This document shows positions 30,438-39,500 of a DNA stretch of 64,000 nucleotides, piece by piece. The DNA is from Patescibacteria group bacterium. Lineage in GTDB: Bacteria > Patescibacteriota > Minisyncoccia > Moranbacterales > DUUL01. Position 1 is the first letter of the stretch. Every line of letters starts with the position of its first letter. Where the stretch lies: NCBI GenBank assembly GCA_034658815.1, contig JAYEFY010000030.1:3337-67336 (forward strand), read 5' to 3'. The translations under genes were made by a program, and so were the position numbers. The notes under the pieces are model-generated. The model worked only from the letters and a program-made list of their open reading frames with translations, searched no databases and was not told the DNA's origin.

Positions 30438-31145
30438 ATGAATTCTAAAAAAACTATTGTCATTTCTTTAGGAGGATCGCTAATTGTTCCGGAAGAAGTT
30501 GATTGGAGATTCTTGAAGAAATTTCGCGAATCAATTATTGGGCAAATTCACAAAAACAGGCGATTTGTGATTGTTACCGGAGGAGGGAATACTGCGCGAA
30601 AATATCAAAAAGCTGCGGGCAAAGTAACGAAATTAACTCGTGATGACATGGACTGGATCGGCGTTCATTCAACGCGGCTCAACGCTCATTTGATCAAAAC
30701 CATCTTTCGGCGGTACGCGCATCCTCGTATCAATAAAAACCCGCGCACAAAAGCCGATCTACAAAAACATTTCGCGCATAAAGAGGGAATTGTAGTTGCC
30801 GCCGGATGGCGCCCAGGCTGGTCAACAGATTACGTTGCCACAATTTTAGCTGAACGATTCAAGGCAAAAACAATCATCAATCTTTCTAATATTAAATATG
30901 TCTACGACAAAGATCCCAAAAAGCATAAGGACGCGAAAAAGATCAAAGAGATCTCCTGGAAAGATTTTCGCAAGATAGTGGGGAATAAGTGGGATCCCGG
31001 GCTCAATATGCCATTTGACCCAGTGGCTTCAAAACACGCGCAAAAACTGGGACTCAAAGTTATCATCGCAAAAGGGAAAAATATCAAAAACCTAGAAAAG
31101 ATTTTTAAAGGGGAAAAATTTCAGGGGACTATGATTGAAGGATGA
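30438..31145 (+). CDS. pyrH: UMP kinase (archaeal type)
   Basis: VISLGGS, VTGGG, ARKYQ, PGWSTD, VYDKDP, PFDPVA. Confidence 0.92.
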   Translation: MNSKKTIVISLGGSLIVPEEVDWRFLKKFRESIIGQIHKNRRFVIVTGGGNTARKYQKAAGKVTKLTRDDMDWIGVHSTRLNAHLIKTIFRRYAHPRINKNPRTKADLQKHFAHKEGIVVAAGWRPGWSTDYVATILAERFKAKTIINLSNIKYVYDKDPKKHKDAKKIKEISWKDFRKIVGNKWDPGLNMPFDPVASKHAQKLGLKVIIAKGKNIKNLEKIFKGEKFQGTMIEG

Positions 31146-31297
31146 CTTATAATTAATTACGAATTACGGATAGAAAAACCAAGACTTAAGAAAGAATACT
31201 TGTTTGATCTTATTGATTGTAGTATACTGAATCAGGAGGGAAGCTAGAATGAAAAGAAGCTCCGAAGAAAAAATTCTGCTTAAAAGGAGGTGGAAAA

Positions 31298-31423
31298 ATG
31301 TATTATACAGGTGTAGTTCTGTATACTTTATTTTATTCAGCTGTTTCTCTAATTCTTCCAAAGAAGGTTAGGAAATGGCTGAAAGATTACATCGAATTTA
31401 AACTGCCAATGATGAGAAACTAG
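31298..31423 (+). CDS. 41-aa small membrane protein (not in ORF track)
   Basis: SD AAGGAGGT (31284-31291) 6 nt before the ATG; MYYTGVVLYTLFYSAVSLILPKKVRKWLKDYIEFKLPMMRN; promoter TTGTTT-17-TATACT at 31200-31228; terminator follows. Confidence 0.6.
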   Translation: MYYTGVVLYTLFYSAVSLILPKKVRKWLKDYIEFKLPMMRN

Positions 31424-31437
31424 ATCTTTATTGGCGC

Positions 31438-31463
31438 AAAAAGGCTGAAATTCAGCCTTTTTT
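31438..31463 (+). terminator. Intrinsic terminator
   Basis: AAAAAGGCTGA-AAT-TCAGCCTTTTTT. Confidence 0.75.
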
Positions 31464-31538
31464 ATTGGTTCTAAATCCATGTTTTTGTTGGTAAATCAAG
31501 AAGTGTGCTATAATTCAATATTAATACACTTGAAACGC

Positions 31539-31952
31539 ATGGAAAAAAGTTTACTTAAGCAATCTTTTCAAAAAGCCATTCAGTCTTTTAAAGTTTCTTT
31601 GCCGATGATGTTCGGAATTTTATTGCTGATCAGTCTTTTAAATACCGGCTGGCAAGGGTATTACGAGCGTATTTTTACCGGCAATGTGTTTTTAGATCCG
31701 TTGATTGGCGCTTTAGCTGGCAGTATTTCTTTTGGCATTCCGATAGTAAGCTATATTGCTGGCGGGGAACTGCTGGAACAAGGAGTCAGCTTGCTGGCGG
31801 TAACGGCCTTTATGCTGGCTTGGGCCACCGTCGGTATAGCTATGCTGCCGTTAGAAGCCAAATTTTTGGGCTGGCGGTTTGCTTTGGTAAGAAACGCTGT
31901 CAACTTTATTTTTGCCATTGTGATTGCTATCTTAACTGTTTATACAATTTAG
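31539..31952 (+). CDS. Permease half (ArsP/DUF318-like), subunit 1
   Basis: Four hydrophobic segments, GSISFGIP, E...LG.RFAL.RN. TGCTATAAT at 31506-31514 favours ATG 31539. Confidence 0.7.
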   Translation: MEKSLLKQSFQKAIQSFKVSLPMMFGILLLISLLNTGWQGYYERIFTGNVFLDPLIGALAGSISFGIPIVSYIAGGELLEQGVSLLAVTAFMLAWATVGIAMLPLEAKFLGWRFALVRNAVNFIFAIVIAILTVYTI

Positions 31953-31961
31953 GATAATGAA

Positions 31962-32155
31962 TGTTAGAAATTAGAGCGTTATTTACAATATTGCCACTCT
32001 TTTGTCATCCCGAACGAAATGAGTGAAGTATGAACGAATGAAGTCGAGGGATCACTTCGCGTAAATAAGTTCACGACCAAGGGATTCTTCATCCCGAGTA
32101 CTCGGGACTCAGAATGACAAGGATGAAAGTGTAAACAACGCTAGAGTTTCTTACA
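31962..32155. mobile_element. MITE family A, 194-bp copy with nested REP-like palindrome
   Basis: Imperfect TIRs TGTTAGAAATTAGAGCGTTATTTACA / TGTAAACAACGCTAGAGTTTCTTACA; internal GTCATCCCGA...CAGAATGAC; related copy at 38147. Confidence 0.75.
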
Positions 32156-32166
32156 AATTTAGGGCA

Positions 32167-32706
32167 ATGAACAACCAAGTAAAAAAACAGAAGATAGGTG
32201 GTGGTACAAAGTTTTTAATGGCAGTTTTGATTTTATACGCGGTTATGGCCTTGTCTAATTTTCAATTTGCGTCTGAAGCTTTTTTAAGTTTTTTGCGTAT
32301 GTTAGTCCGTATCACCCCGATATTAATTGTAGTATTTTTTATTATAGCAGGAGTCAACTTTTACTTCACTCCCCAAAAAGTTAAGAAATATCTGGGACAT
32401 GGTTCCGGCTTCAAAGGATGGCTGTACGCTGTTATTTCCGGAATTTTAGTTTCCGGTCCGCCGTATATATTATTTCCGCTTTTAGGAGAACTAAAAGAAC
32501 GCGGAATGAAAAATTCTCTGCTGGCTGTGTTTCTATACAATAGAAATGTAAAAATACCATTTTTGCCGGTAATGGTATTTTATTTTGGCTTAAGTTTCAC
32601 TGTTGCCGTTTCCGTATTTATAATTTTCTTTTCTATTTTGAACGGCTTGTTGTTAGGATGGTGGGTAGCGGACAATCAAAAAATTTATAACAAAGAAGCC
32701 AAGTAG
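32167..32706 (+). CDS. Permease half (ArsP/DUF318-like), subunit 2
   Basis: KKYLG..SG.KGW, SGPPY..FPLL..LKERG, multiple TM segments. Confidence 0.7.
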   Translation: MNNQVKKQKIGGGTKFLMAVLILYAVMALSNFQFASEAFLSFLRMLVRITPILIVVFFIIAGVNFYFTPQKVKKYLGHGSGFKGWLYAVISGILVSGPPYILFPLLGELKERGMKNSLLAVFLYNRNVKIPFLPVMVFYFGLSFTVAVSVFIIFFSILNGLLLGWWVADNQKIYNKEAK

Positions 32707-32716
32707 CCGTTTCTGC

Positions 32717-33850
32717 TTAGCTCCTATTTTTTTTTATACTCAAACCCCAGCTTTCTCTGGCAAGCTCGCGGGTTTTTTCTATCTCTTTTTTTTCGGGTAA
32801 GGGAAGTGTTTCCATCACTTTCTTGAGTTGAGTTTGATTAAGTTTCACGACCGTGTCCCACAAGTCTTTTTTCTCAAGAATTTCTTTGAGCTTGTCCTCG
32901 TTGTAAGCAAAGGTTTGGCGGTGTGTTTTCGCGACAATTTTGTTCTCTCCGAACAGCCGTTCGACATTTTCTTGCTCCATGATCTCAAGAATTTTTTGCT
33001 GAAGTTCGGCGGCTTTCCTTCGTTCGCTTTTCGCGTTTTCTTGCGCTTTTAAATACTCTTCAATAATTTTCTTTTGCTGTCTGTCATCAAACGTTTCTTC
33101 TTTGAATTTGTGTTTCCACATAGGGCAAATTTTTTGGTGTTCACACCAACCGCACAAAGGACTCATGATGGCAGGGAAGTCCGAATTCTTGATTTGATGA
33201 ATAATTTCCATGACTTCCTTTCGTCCTTTTTGAAGTTCTTCTGTTGTTTTGGTTGAGCTTAATTTTGCTGAATGTCGCAGGAAATACAATGATAAGCTAA
33301 TATTGCCAAGACCGCTTTCTTCTTTTGGATAGCGCTTCAAAAAAGCCAGAAGATAGATCAATAATTGCAAGTTGTCATCAATTGACTTTTGCGGAGGCAT
33401 TTTTTTTGAAGTCTTATAATCAATGATCTCATATCCTTTATCTGTTTTATCGATTCGATCAATAATACCGGAAATAAAATGTTTTTCTTTTGATTCGCTA
33501 TCTTCAAGTTCAATGACGAACCGTGACTCAAGATCAACAATTTTTGCCATGGCCGGGTCATTTTTTTGGTAGTATAGCTGGATAATGTTAATTCCTTGCG
33601 CGAAGGCTGACCGTTCATTTATCTCATCATCGAAAACATCAGGATTCCAATGGGTCGAAAAGTGATTTAGAGCCTCTTTGAGCGATGGATTGGTAAATCC
33701 TCCGCTATGGATAAACTTCATCGTATCATGGATAAGTGTTCCAAATACGGCTTCGGGAGATTTTTTGGTTTTGATCCTGTCGACTACCTGGAATTTATAT
33801 TTTAGCGGGCATGTTTTAAATGTATTGAGCGCGGAGAAAGAAGTATTCAT
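32717..33850 (-). CDS. PD-(D/E)xK nuclease (RecB/AddB/Cas4-like) with Fe-S-type cysteines
   Basis: SFS.LNTF..CP, GTLIH, GIIDRID, IIDYKTS, QL..Y, C..C.....C. Confidence 0.88.
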   Translation of the reverse strand: MNTSFSALNTFKTCPLKYKFQVVDRIKTKKSPEAVFGTLIHDTMKFIHSGGFTNPSLKEALNHFSTHWNPDVFDDEINERSAFAQGINIIQLYYQKNDPAMAKIVDLESRFVIELEDSESKEKHFISGIIDRIDKTDKGYEIIDYKTSKKMPPQKSIDDNLQLLIYLLAFLKRYPKEESGLGNISLSLYFLRHSAKLSSTKTTEELQKGRKEVMEIIHQIKNSDFPAIMSPLCGWCEHQKICPMWKHKFKEETFDDRQQKKIIEEYLKAQENAKSERRKAAELQQKILEIMEQENVERLFGENKIVAKTHRQTFAYNEDKLKEILEKKDLWDTVVKLNQTQLKKVMETLPLPEKKEIEKTRELARESWGLSIKKNRS

Positions 33851-33912
33851 GGAGTAGTTTAAAATTTACAATTTTTTTAAGCTCGAAAGGGAAGCAGTGC
33901 GACAATATGGTG

Positions 33913-34509
33913 TTATTGCTTTTTTATGTTAATGACAACGCCATATAGTTTTATATCATCATAACACAGCCATCCCATATCACGCGAGTCAAAAGAGTTG
34001 TTTTGATTGTCTCCCAAAACCCAATAGCAGCCGTTTTTATCGATTTCATACAATCTCTTAGTATAGGGACTGTTACCAAGCTAACTCCTACCAAAAATTG
34101 TTAATTTTACCCACAGCTTTGAAAAAAATTATTGCCTATGCTAATGCATAACCAAAAATTTTATTTCTTCTCTGTGAATAAAATTTCCTAGTCCCGAGTA
34201 CTCGGGACTAACGCCTGCCTGCCGGTAGGCAGGGAGCTAGCTCGGAAACAATCCCTGGAGAATTTCATCAGAAGAGACGTTCGGGCAGGTTAGGCAGGAA
34301 AAAACGATAATATCACCCGGTTTCGGCTCTTGTTTCGGATCCACGGTTAATTCGTCACCGTCAGACAAGGTTGGCTCCATTGAGTTGCCGGTTCCCAGAA
34401 AAACATCATATCGATCTGAAGGCAAAAAATAAAAGCCGACTACCAGAAAAGTTACGGCAATAATGAATACAACCAAATAAAATCCTTTTGAAAGTTCTCC
34501 TTCTCTCAT
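33913..34509 (-). pseudogene. Signal peptidase I (S26) family gene interrupted by a MITE
   Basis: N-terminal half has a TM helix, GNSMEPTL and PGDIIVF. C-terminal half (34062-33913, same frame) reads TKRL...WVLGDNQNNSFDSRDMGWL. Confidence 0.85.
34064..34257. mobile_element. MITE family B inserted in the signal peptidase gene
   Basis: 25-bp TIRs TAGGGACTGTTACCAAGCTAACTCC / GGAGCTAGCTCGGAAACAATCCCTG (20/25); no transposase; internal palindromes. Confidence 0.8.
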
Positions 34510-34598
34510 ATATTTGTAAAGACAGGGAGGGCAGGCGGGGTATAGTTATGATTAGCCATAAAATAACATAAAGAGGCGCTAGAGAGGATAAACACACA

Positions 34599-34626
34599 AC
34601 GTCGCACAATGTATATTATGCGACTC
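34599..34626. other. dif-like Xer recombination site (putative)
   Basis: ACGTCGCACAA-TGTATA-TTATGCGACTC; the core AATGTATATTATG is identical to E. coli dif; arms are near-palindromic; lies near the gene-orientation switch. Confidence 0.55.
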
Positions 34627-34793
34627 AACATTCTTTTCTACTGCATCATTCATCATTCCCGGTATTCTATTTGCATTTGCCCTGCGCGCTTTCTTTCTTT
34701 ATTACTATGTTCAGAAAATAAGCAATTAGCATTCAGTAGCGGCTAACTGTGGCAATTGATTGATGTCCAGTGCTACCTACCTACCAGTGGGTT

Positions 34794-35051
34794 TTACTCA
34801 ACCTGGTAATTTTCAACTTGATCTTGCTGAATTTTATTTAGATTAGCTTCAAACTGTTTCATTTGGTTGTTTACTTGATCCTCAATCTGTTTTACTTGAT
34901 CCTCAGCTTGTTTTTTTGTTTCAACCGCAGTCCGGTAGCGGTTTGAATAATAAGTACCCGCTAAAACCATAATTATTGCCAAAACAAGCAATAAAATAAT
35001 CAGAGCAAACCCATTTTGATTTTTGTCTTTTGTAAATTTAGAAGTTCTCAT
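34794..35051 (-). CDS. Small pilin-like protein with prepilin-type cleavage motif
   Basis: Basic leader, NGF|ALIILLLVLAII hydrophobic helix (no Glu5), coiled-coil tail. Confidence 0.55.
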   Translation of the reverse strand: MRTSKFTKDKNQNGFALIILLLVLAIIMVLAGTYYSNRYRTAVETKKQAEDQVKQIEDQVNNQMKQFEANLNKIQQDQVENYQVE

Positions 35052-35221
35052 GTTATGCGAGCTATGCCAGTAAATTTTTTATTAAAAAACTGTTTCTAAA
35101 TAGGATTGTTTCTAAAATATTCCGGAATATTTTCAAGATCCTTTTTATTCATAAAATATGCTGCTGCTGCTTTTGTTCCTTTCCGCTTCTTCCCTGCTGG
35201 ATAGATTCGGGGAAGCGTTTG

Positions 35222-36511
35222 CTATCGCTTTTTATATATCAGCATTTGGTCAACTGTTACCGAACTGTTATAAATTGCGCCGACAAGTTTTTTTGTTGTT
35301 TCTAAATACAGGTTTGGACCAAAAAGCGGATCGTGTACAACGTAACGGCCTTTCTTGTCTCTTCCGTGAATCACTACGTAATGTCCTTTTCCTCCATGCG
35401 CGCGAACAAAAATAATCACCGGATGTTCCTTTTTTGCCTCCTTCTTAATTTTTTTCCAGTCAATATTTCCATGAGCTGTTGATGAATTCAGCTTAAGTGA
35501 TTTCCAGTGTTTAGGCCAGACAATGAGGTCTCTGTAGAATATTGGCTGACTGGAAAGTTTCCCCGGGCTTATTTTGTTGTTGTAATGCGTGAAGATCATG
35601 GATAGTGATGTTACCGCGCAGCCATAATCTTTCATCAGTGAAGATGAAAGGCCAATTCTTTTGTATGCCCACCTATCATCATCTTGGGCATAATACCATT
35701 TTTTTGATGCCAGACCGCTGCTTGGCTTTGGCGCATTTGCAAGAATTTCATTAAGCGCTTGTCTTGTTTCACCTGAAAGCGAATCAAGATCAATAAGTTC
35801 TTGTTTTTGTTTTTCAACTCTGACGAGCAATTCATGATATCTATCTTCTTGTCCTCGTGTTTTTTCAAGAAGGATATTTTTTGACAATTTCTCATTTCCG
35901 GCATATAAAATTTTTTCGCTTAAGTCCTCTTTTCTGGCAATCAACTCTTCTTTCTTTTGTTTATATTTGTTTTGCTGCTGCTTAAGTTCATTTTTTTTCA
36001 CTTTCAAAACATTTAAAAACTCATCAACTTTTTGTGAAGTCTGATTGATATATTCCGATTGGTTTAATATTATCGAAAGATCTTTATCTCCTGATACGAA
36101 TTCCAGACCCAGCTCTTGATCGATCTGATAATAAAGGCGGATCATTTCAGAGAGGTTATTTTTTGTTCTGTTGAGCTCTTTTTCTTTCCGGTCAAGATCT
36201 CGTTGAATTTCTTTTATTTCAAGATCATTTTTTTCAATCTCATGTTTTGTCATTTCAATATCATTTTGAAAGCTTTCAATTTGAATGTCCATCAATCCAA
36301 GTTGGTTTTGCAATGACATTTGCTGTTGTTGTTTGAGATTGATCATTTGCTTGTAATTTTGTGCTTTTTGTTCAAGTGATTCAAGTTTCCCGTTATTGTC
36401 ATCGGCGTGGGCGAAGGGATGCAACACCAAAAGAACCGTGAATACAAAGACGGCCAGTATACTATTTTTTAGAAAAGTTCTTGATCTTGTTTTGTTTTTG
36501 GTATTAAACAT
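35222..36511 (-). CDS. Secreted coiled-coil protein with C39-like peptidase domain (putative cell-wall hydrolase)
   Basis: Signal peptide ending AHA, long coiled coil, YYAQ.D.RW, GCAVTSLSM, HYVVI, HDP. Confidence 0.8.
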   Translation of the reverse strand: MFNTKNKTRSRTFLKNSILAVFVFTVLLVLHPFAHADDNNGKLESLEQKAQNYKQMINLKQQQQMSLQNQLGLMDIQIESFQNDIEMTKHEIEKNDLEIKEIQRDLDRKEKELNRTKNNLSEMIRLYYQIDQELGLEFVSGDKDLSIILNQSEYINQTSQKVDEFLNVLKVKKNELKQQQNKYKQKKEELIARKEDLSEKILYAGNEKLSKNILLEKTRGQEDRYHELLVRVEKQKQELIDLDSLSGETRQALNEILANAPKPSSGLASKKWYYAQDDDRWAYKRIGLSSSLMKDYGCAVTSLSMIFTHYNNKISPGKLSSQPIFYRDLIVWPKHWKSLKLNSSTAHGNIDWKKIKKEAKKEHPVIIFVRAHGGKGHYVVIHGRDKKGRYVVHDPLFGPNLYLETTKKLVGAIYNSSVTVDQMLIYKKR

Positions 36512-36607
36512 ATTTTAAAATCGCTTTCTTCATTGGTTATAAGATATCAAAGTTTTATCTAAAAATCAATTTATTCGCCGCCATACTTGCCTGGACGGGG
36601 AGAGATT

Positions 36608-38137
36608 TCACTCTGCTGAAGAAATAGGAGGTGCCGCGCGCGTGAACGTGCCGAGCTTCATTTTTTCGATTGCCGAGGCGATTCTTTTTAGAGCTTCTTC
36701 TTTTCCAATTACCCATGCCACCTCAAACGGACTGGAACTTTTTTCAACGCCTGTTAACGCGACTCGCAACGGCCATAATAGATCCCCGCGTTTATCACCA
36801 GCGGTTTTCATGAGAGTTTCTTGAATAATATCAAGATCAAATTTTTCTTTTTTGATTTCTTCAATGGTTTTTCGCGCCATTTGCAGAGAATTCTCTGTCT
36901 GTTTACTGCTGTTGCTTTTCCACTTTAAAAGCTCCGGATCATATTCTTTCAACGCAAAATAAAAACCAATATTTTCTGTTACGTCTTTGATTTTTTTCAT
37001 TCTTTCTCTCTCTACTTTCGTGATTTTCTCCAGTAGCGGTGTTTCGTGCGAGTAAGCATTTTTTTGGCAATAGGCTTCCAGTCGCGGCCGTACAAGTTCA
37101 AAAAGCTCCTTATCGTTTTTCTGTCTAATATAATAGCTGTTCATCCAATCAAGTTTTTTGTAATCGAACACAGCACCGGCCTTATGAAGACCTTCAACAT
37201 TAAAGATCTTTGATAATTCACTAAGAGTGAAATACTCTTGTTCGTTTTTAGGATTCCATCCAAGAAGCGCGATGAAATTAACGATCGTTTCGGAGAGGTA
37301 TCCTTCTTTTTTAAAATCTTCAACGCTAATGTCTCCCCGGCGTTTTGATAATTTTTTTCTGTTTTCTCCTAAAATATTTGGCACATGGATAAAGATTGGA
37401 TGCTTCCAGTTAAAATACTTGTAAAGAAGAATATGTTTGGGCGTACTCGGAAGCCAATCTTCTCCGCGTACAACATGTGTGATGTTCATAAGATGATCAT
37501 CAATTACAACTGCTAGGTGGTAAGTCGGGAACCCGTCCGATTTGATCAATACTTGATCATCAATTGTGCTGCCTTTTACAGAAATTTTTCCATAAACTTC
37601 ATCGTTGAATTCAATAATTTTATTATCCGGCACATTTAGGCGAAGCACATATTTTTCACCCGCTTCAATTCGTTTTTTTACTTCTTCTTTGGAAAGTTCA
37701 AGGCAATGCTTGTCGTATTTTGGCGGTTTCTTTTCCTGTTGCTGTTTTTTTCTTAGATCGTCTAAACGCTCTTTTGAACAAAAGCAAGGATATGCGGTTC
37801 CCTGCTTCCTCAGCTTATCGGAGTACTTTTTGTAGATATCAAGCCGTTTTGATTGAAAATATGGCCCATAATCGCCTTTTTCGATGATCTTATTTTGGTT
37901 GTCCAGTATCACGCCTTCATCGTTTCTAATTCCGGCCCATCGCAATGCATTTAATATTTTTTCAAGCGCGTCCTCCGCAAAGCGCGCTCTGTCCGTGTCC
38001 TCTATTCTGATAATGAATGTGCCTTTATTCTTTTTTGCGACAAGATAAGCGTACAAGGCGGTTCTTAGATTTCCAATATGCATTGGGCCTGTCGGAGACG
38101 GCGCAAATCTTGTTCGGATATTTTGATTGGAATTCAT
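36608..38137 (-). CDS. gltX: Glutamate--tRNA ligase
   Basis: RTRFAPSPTG.MHIGN, IRIEDTD, RGEDW, KLSKR. Confidence 0.97.
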   Translation of the reverse strand: MNSNQNIRTRFAPSPTGPMHIGNLRTALYAYLVAKKNKGTFIIRIEDTDRARFAEDALEKILNALRWAGIRNDEGVILDNQNKIIEKGDYGPYFQSKRLDIYKKYSDKLRKQGTAYPCFCSKERLDDLRKKQQQEKKPPKYDKHCLELSKEEVKKRIEAGEKYVLRLNVPDNKIIEFNDEVYGKISVKGSTIDDQVLIKSDGFPTYHLAVVIDDHLMNITHVVRGEDWLPSTPKHILLYKYFNWKHPIFIHVPNILGENRKKLSKRRGDISVEDFKKEGYLSETIVNFIALLGWNPKNEQEYFTLSELSKIFNVEGLHKAGAVFDYKKLDWMNSYYIRQKNDKELFELVRPRLEAYCQKNAYSHETPLLEKITKVERERMKKIKDVTENIGFYFALKEYDPELLKWKSNSSKQTENSLQMARKTIEEIKKEKFDLDIIQETLMKTAGDKRGDLLWPLRVALTGVEKSSSPFEVAWVIGKEEALKRIASAIEKMKLGTFTRAAPPISSAE

Positions 38138-38146
38138 AAACTCATT

Positions 38147-38256
38147 TGTTAGAAATTAGAGCGTTATTTACAATATTGCTGCTCTCTTGCCATCCCGAGT
38201 ACTCGGGACTCAAAATGACAAGGATGAAAGTGTAAACAACGCTGGGGTTTCTTACA
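38147..38256. mobile_element. MITE family A, 110-bp internally deleted copy
   Basis: Same ends as 31962-32155; lacks 84 bp between two CATCCCGA direct repeats. Confidence 0.8.
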
Positions 38257-38266
38257 GTTTATTCAT

Positions 38267-38788
38267 TTAAACAATTAATTTTTTCTCAGTAAGTATTTTA
38301 AGAAAGCGCATGGATACGCGTCTTTTCTCATGCTGGCGAATTTTCTGCAATAATATCCTTGCCTGATCAAATGAAGCAAGGATATAGCCATCAAATTCAG
38401 TTTCTTCTATCGTTACATCTTTTGTGTTTATTTGTATAGCAAAAGCGTAATAATATTTTCCTTTCATCATCACTTCCCTTCCGCTGTCATTTTTTAGCGT
38501 GCGGTTCCCCCAATATTTTTTCGGGAAATGAATTTTGTCTTCCGCGAAAAATTCTTCATTCTTTACTTGACTATAAAGCGTATTTCCAAGTTCTTCAGTC
38601 ATTTCTCTCAAAAGAGCGTTTTTTATTTCTTCCAAATTTCTAACACCGCCCTGCGGAAATTGCCATAAATCATATTTCTTGTCATAAAATAAAAAAATTT
38701 TCTTATTGTGCAAAAAACACCCAACCACCTCCGGGCGAAAGCCCAAATTTCTTTTCTCATTTATCTCTAAAACCGTGACAGTTCTCAT
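38267..38788 (-). CDS. NUDIX hydrolase (RppH-like)
   Basis: FRP.VVG, WQFPQGG...ALLREMTEELG. ATGA overlap with the upstream gene supports start 38788. Confidence 0.85.
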   Translation of the reverse strand: MRTVTVLEINEKRNLGFRPEVVGCFLHNKKIFLFYDKKYDLWQFPQGGVRNLEEIKNALLREMTEELGNTLYSQVKNEEFFAEDKIHFPKKYWGNRTLKNDSGREVMMKGKYYYAFAIQINTKDVTIEETEFDGYILASFDQARILLQKIRQHEKRRVSMRFLKILTEKKLIV

Positions 38789-39498
38789 TTTTTTGAATAT
38801 ATTATTCCGTAAATAGGAAAAACAACTAATGCATTCCAAATTCTTTTTATTCTATTTGGTTGAGTAATGACACGCCACAGCCATTCAAAGCCGTATTTTC
38901 TAAATATCCTCGGCGCTCGTTTTTGCCTGTTTGTCCAGAAATCCAATGTTCCGCCCACGCCAATCGCACAGCGAAGATTTGGCAAGTTCAACAAGCGCCG
39001 ATCTATGAACTTTTCCTGATAAGGCGCTCCCAATCCAACGATCAATAATTCTGTATCGCCGGCAATGCTTGAGCGAGAACCGTTTCTTTTTTCTTCAATT
39101 ACGGAATAATTCGTAAGGAAAAATTTATTCTCCAGCATTCTTTCAACTTCTCTTTTTGAGCTTAATCCATCAGAATGGATCACCACTGTTGTTTTTACAT
39201 GACGCTTCACCGCTACTGAAAGAATTTTTTCAGTCAATTCAACGCCTGCGATCCTTTCTCCTATCTTTAAGCCTTTGACCGCGGCAACCAATTTGATTCC
39301 AAATCCGTCCACGATATTGACGCTCTTTTTTAAAATATTCTTATATTCATTATCTTGGCGCGCCTTTAACGCTATTTCCGGATTTAATGTCACTAAAAAA
39401 AGCGGTTTTGACCCTGAGCTTATCAGGCAATTCTCAATAAGATGAAATATACCTATCTTAGTGTGTCTTGGAATGTCAATTGAAAATATTGATGCCAT
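38785..39498 (-). CDS. WecB/TagA/CpsF family glycosyltransferase
   Basis: VTLNPE, VDGFG, VGLGAPYQE, GVGGTLDF, RAP, EWLWR. Confidence 0.92.
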   Translation of the reverse strand: MASIFSIDIPRHTKIGIFHLIENCLISSGSKPLFLVTLNPEIALKARQDNEYKNILKKSVNIVDGFGIKLVAAVKGLKIGERIAGVELTEKILSVAVKRHVKTTVVIHSDGLSSKREVERMLENKFFLTNYSVIEEKRNGSRSSIAGDTELLIVGLGAPYQEKFIDRRLLNLPNLRCAIGVGGTLDFWTNRQKRAPRIFRKYGFEWLWRVITQPNRIKRIWNALVVFPIYGIIYSKK

Positions 39499-39500
39499 AA

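Noticed and set aside
32717-33850. Cas4 as evidence of a CRISPR-Cas locus
   Set aside because: No cas1, cas2 or array is nearby. Stand-alone RecB-family PD-(D/E)xK nucleases are common.
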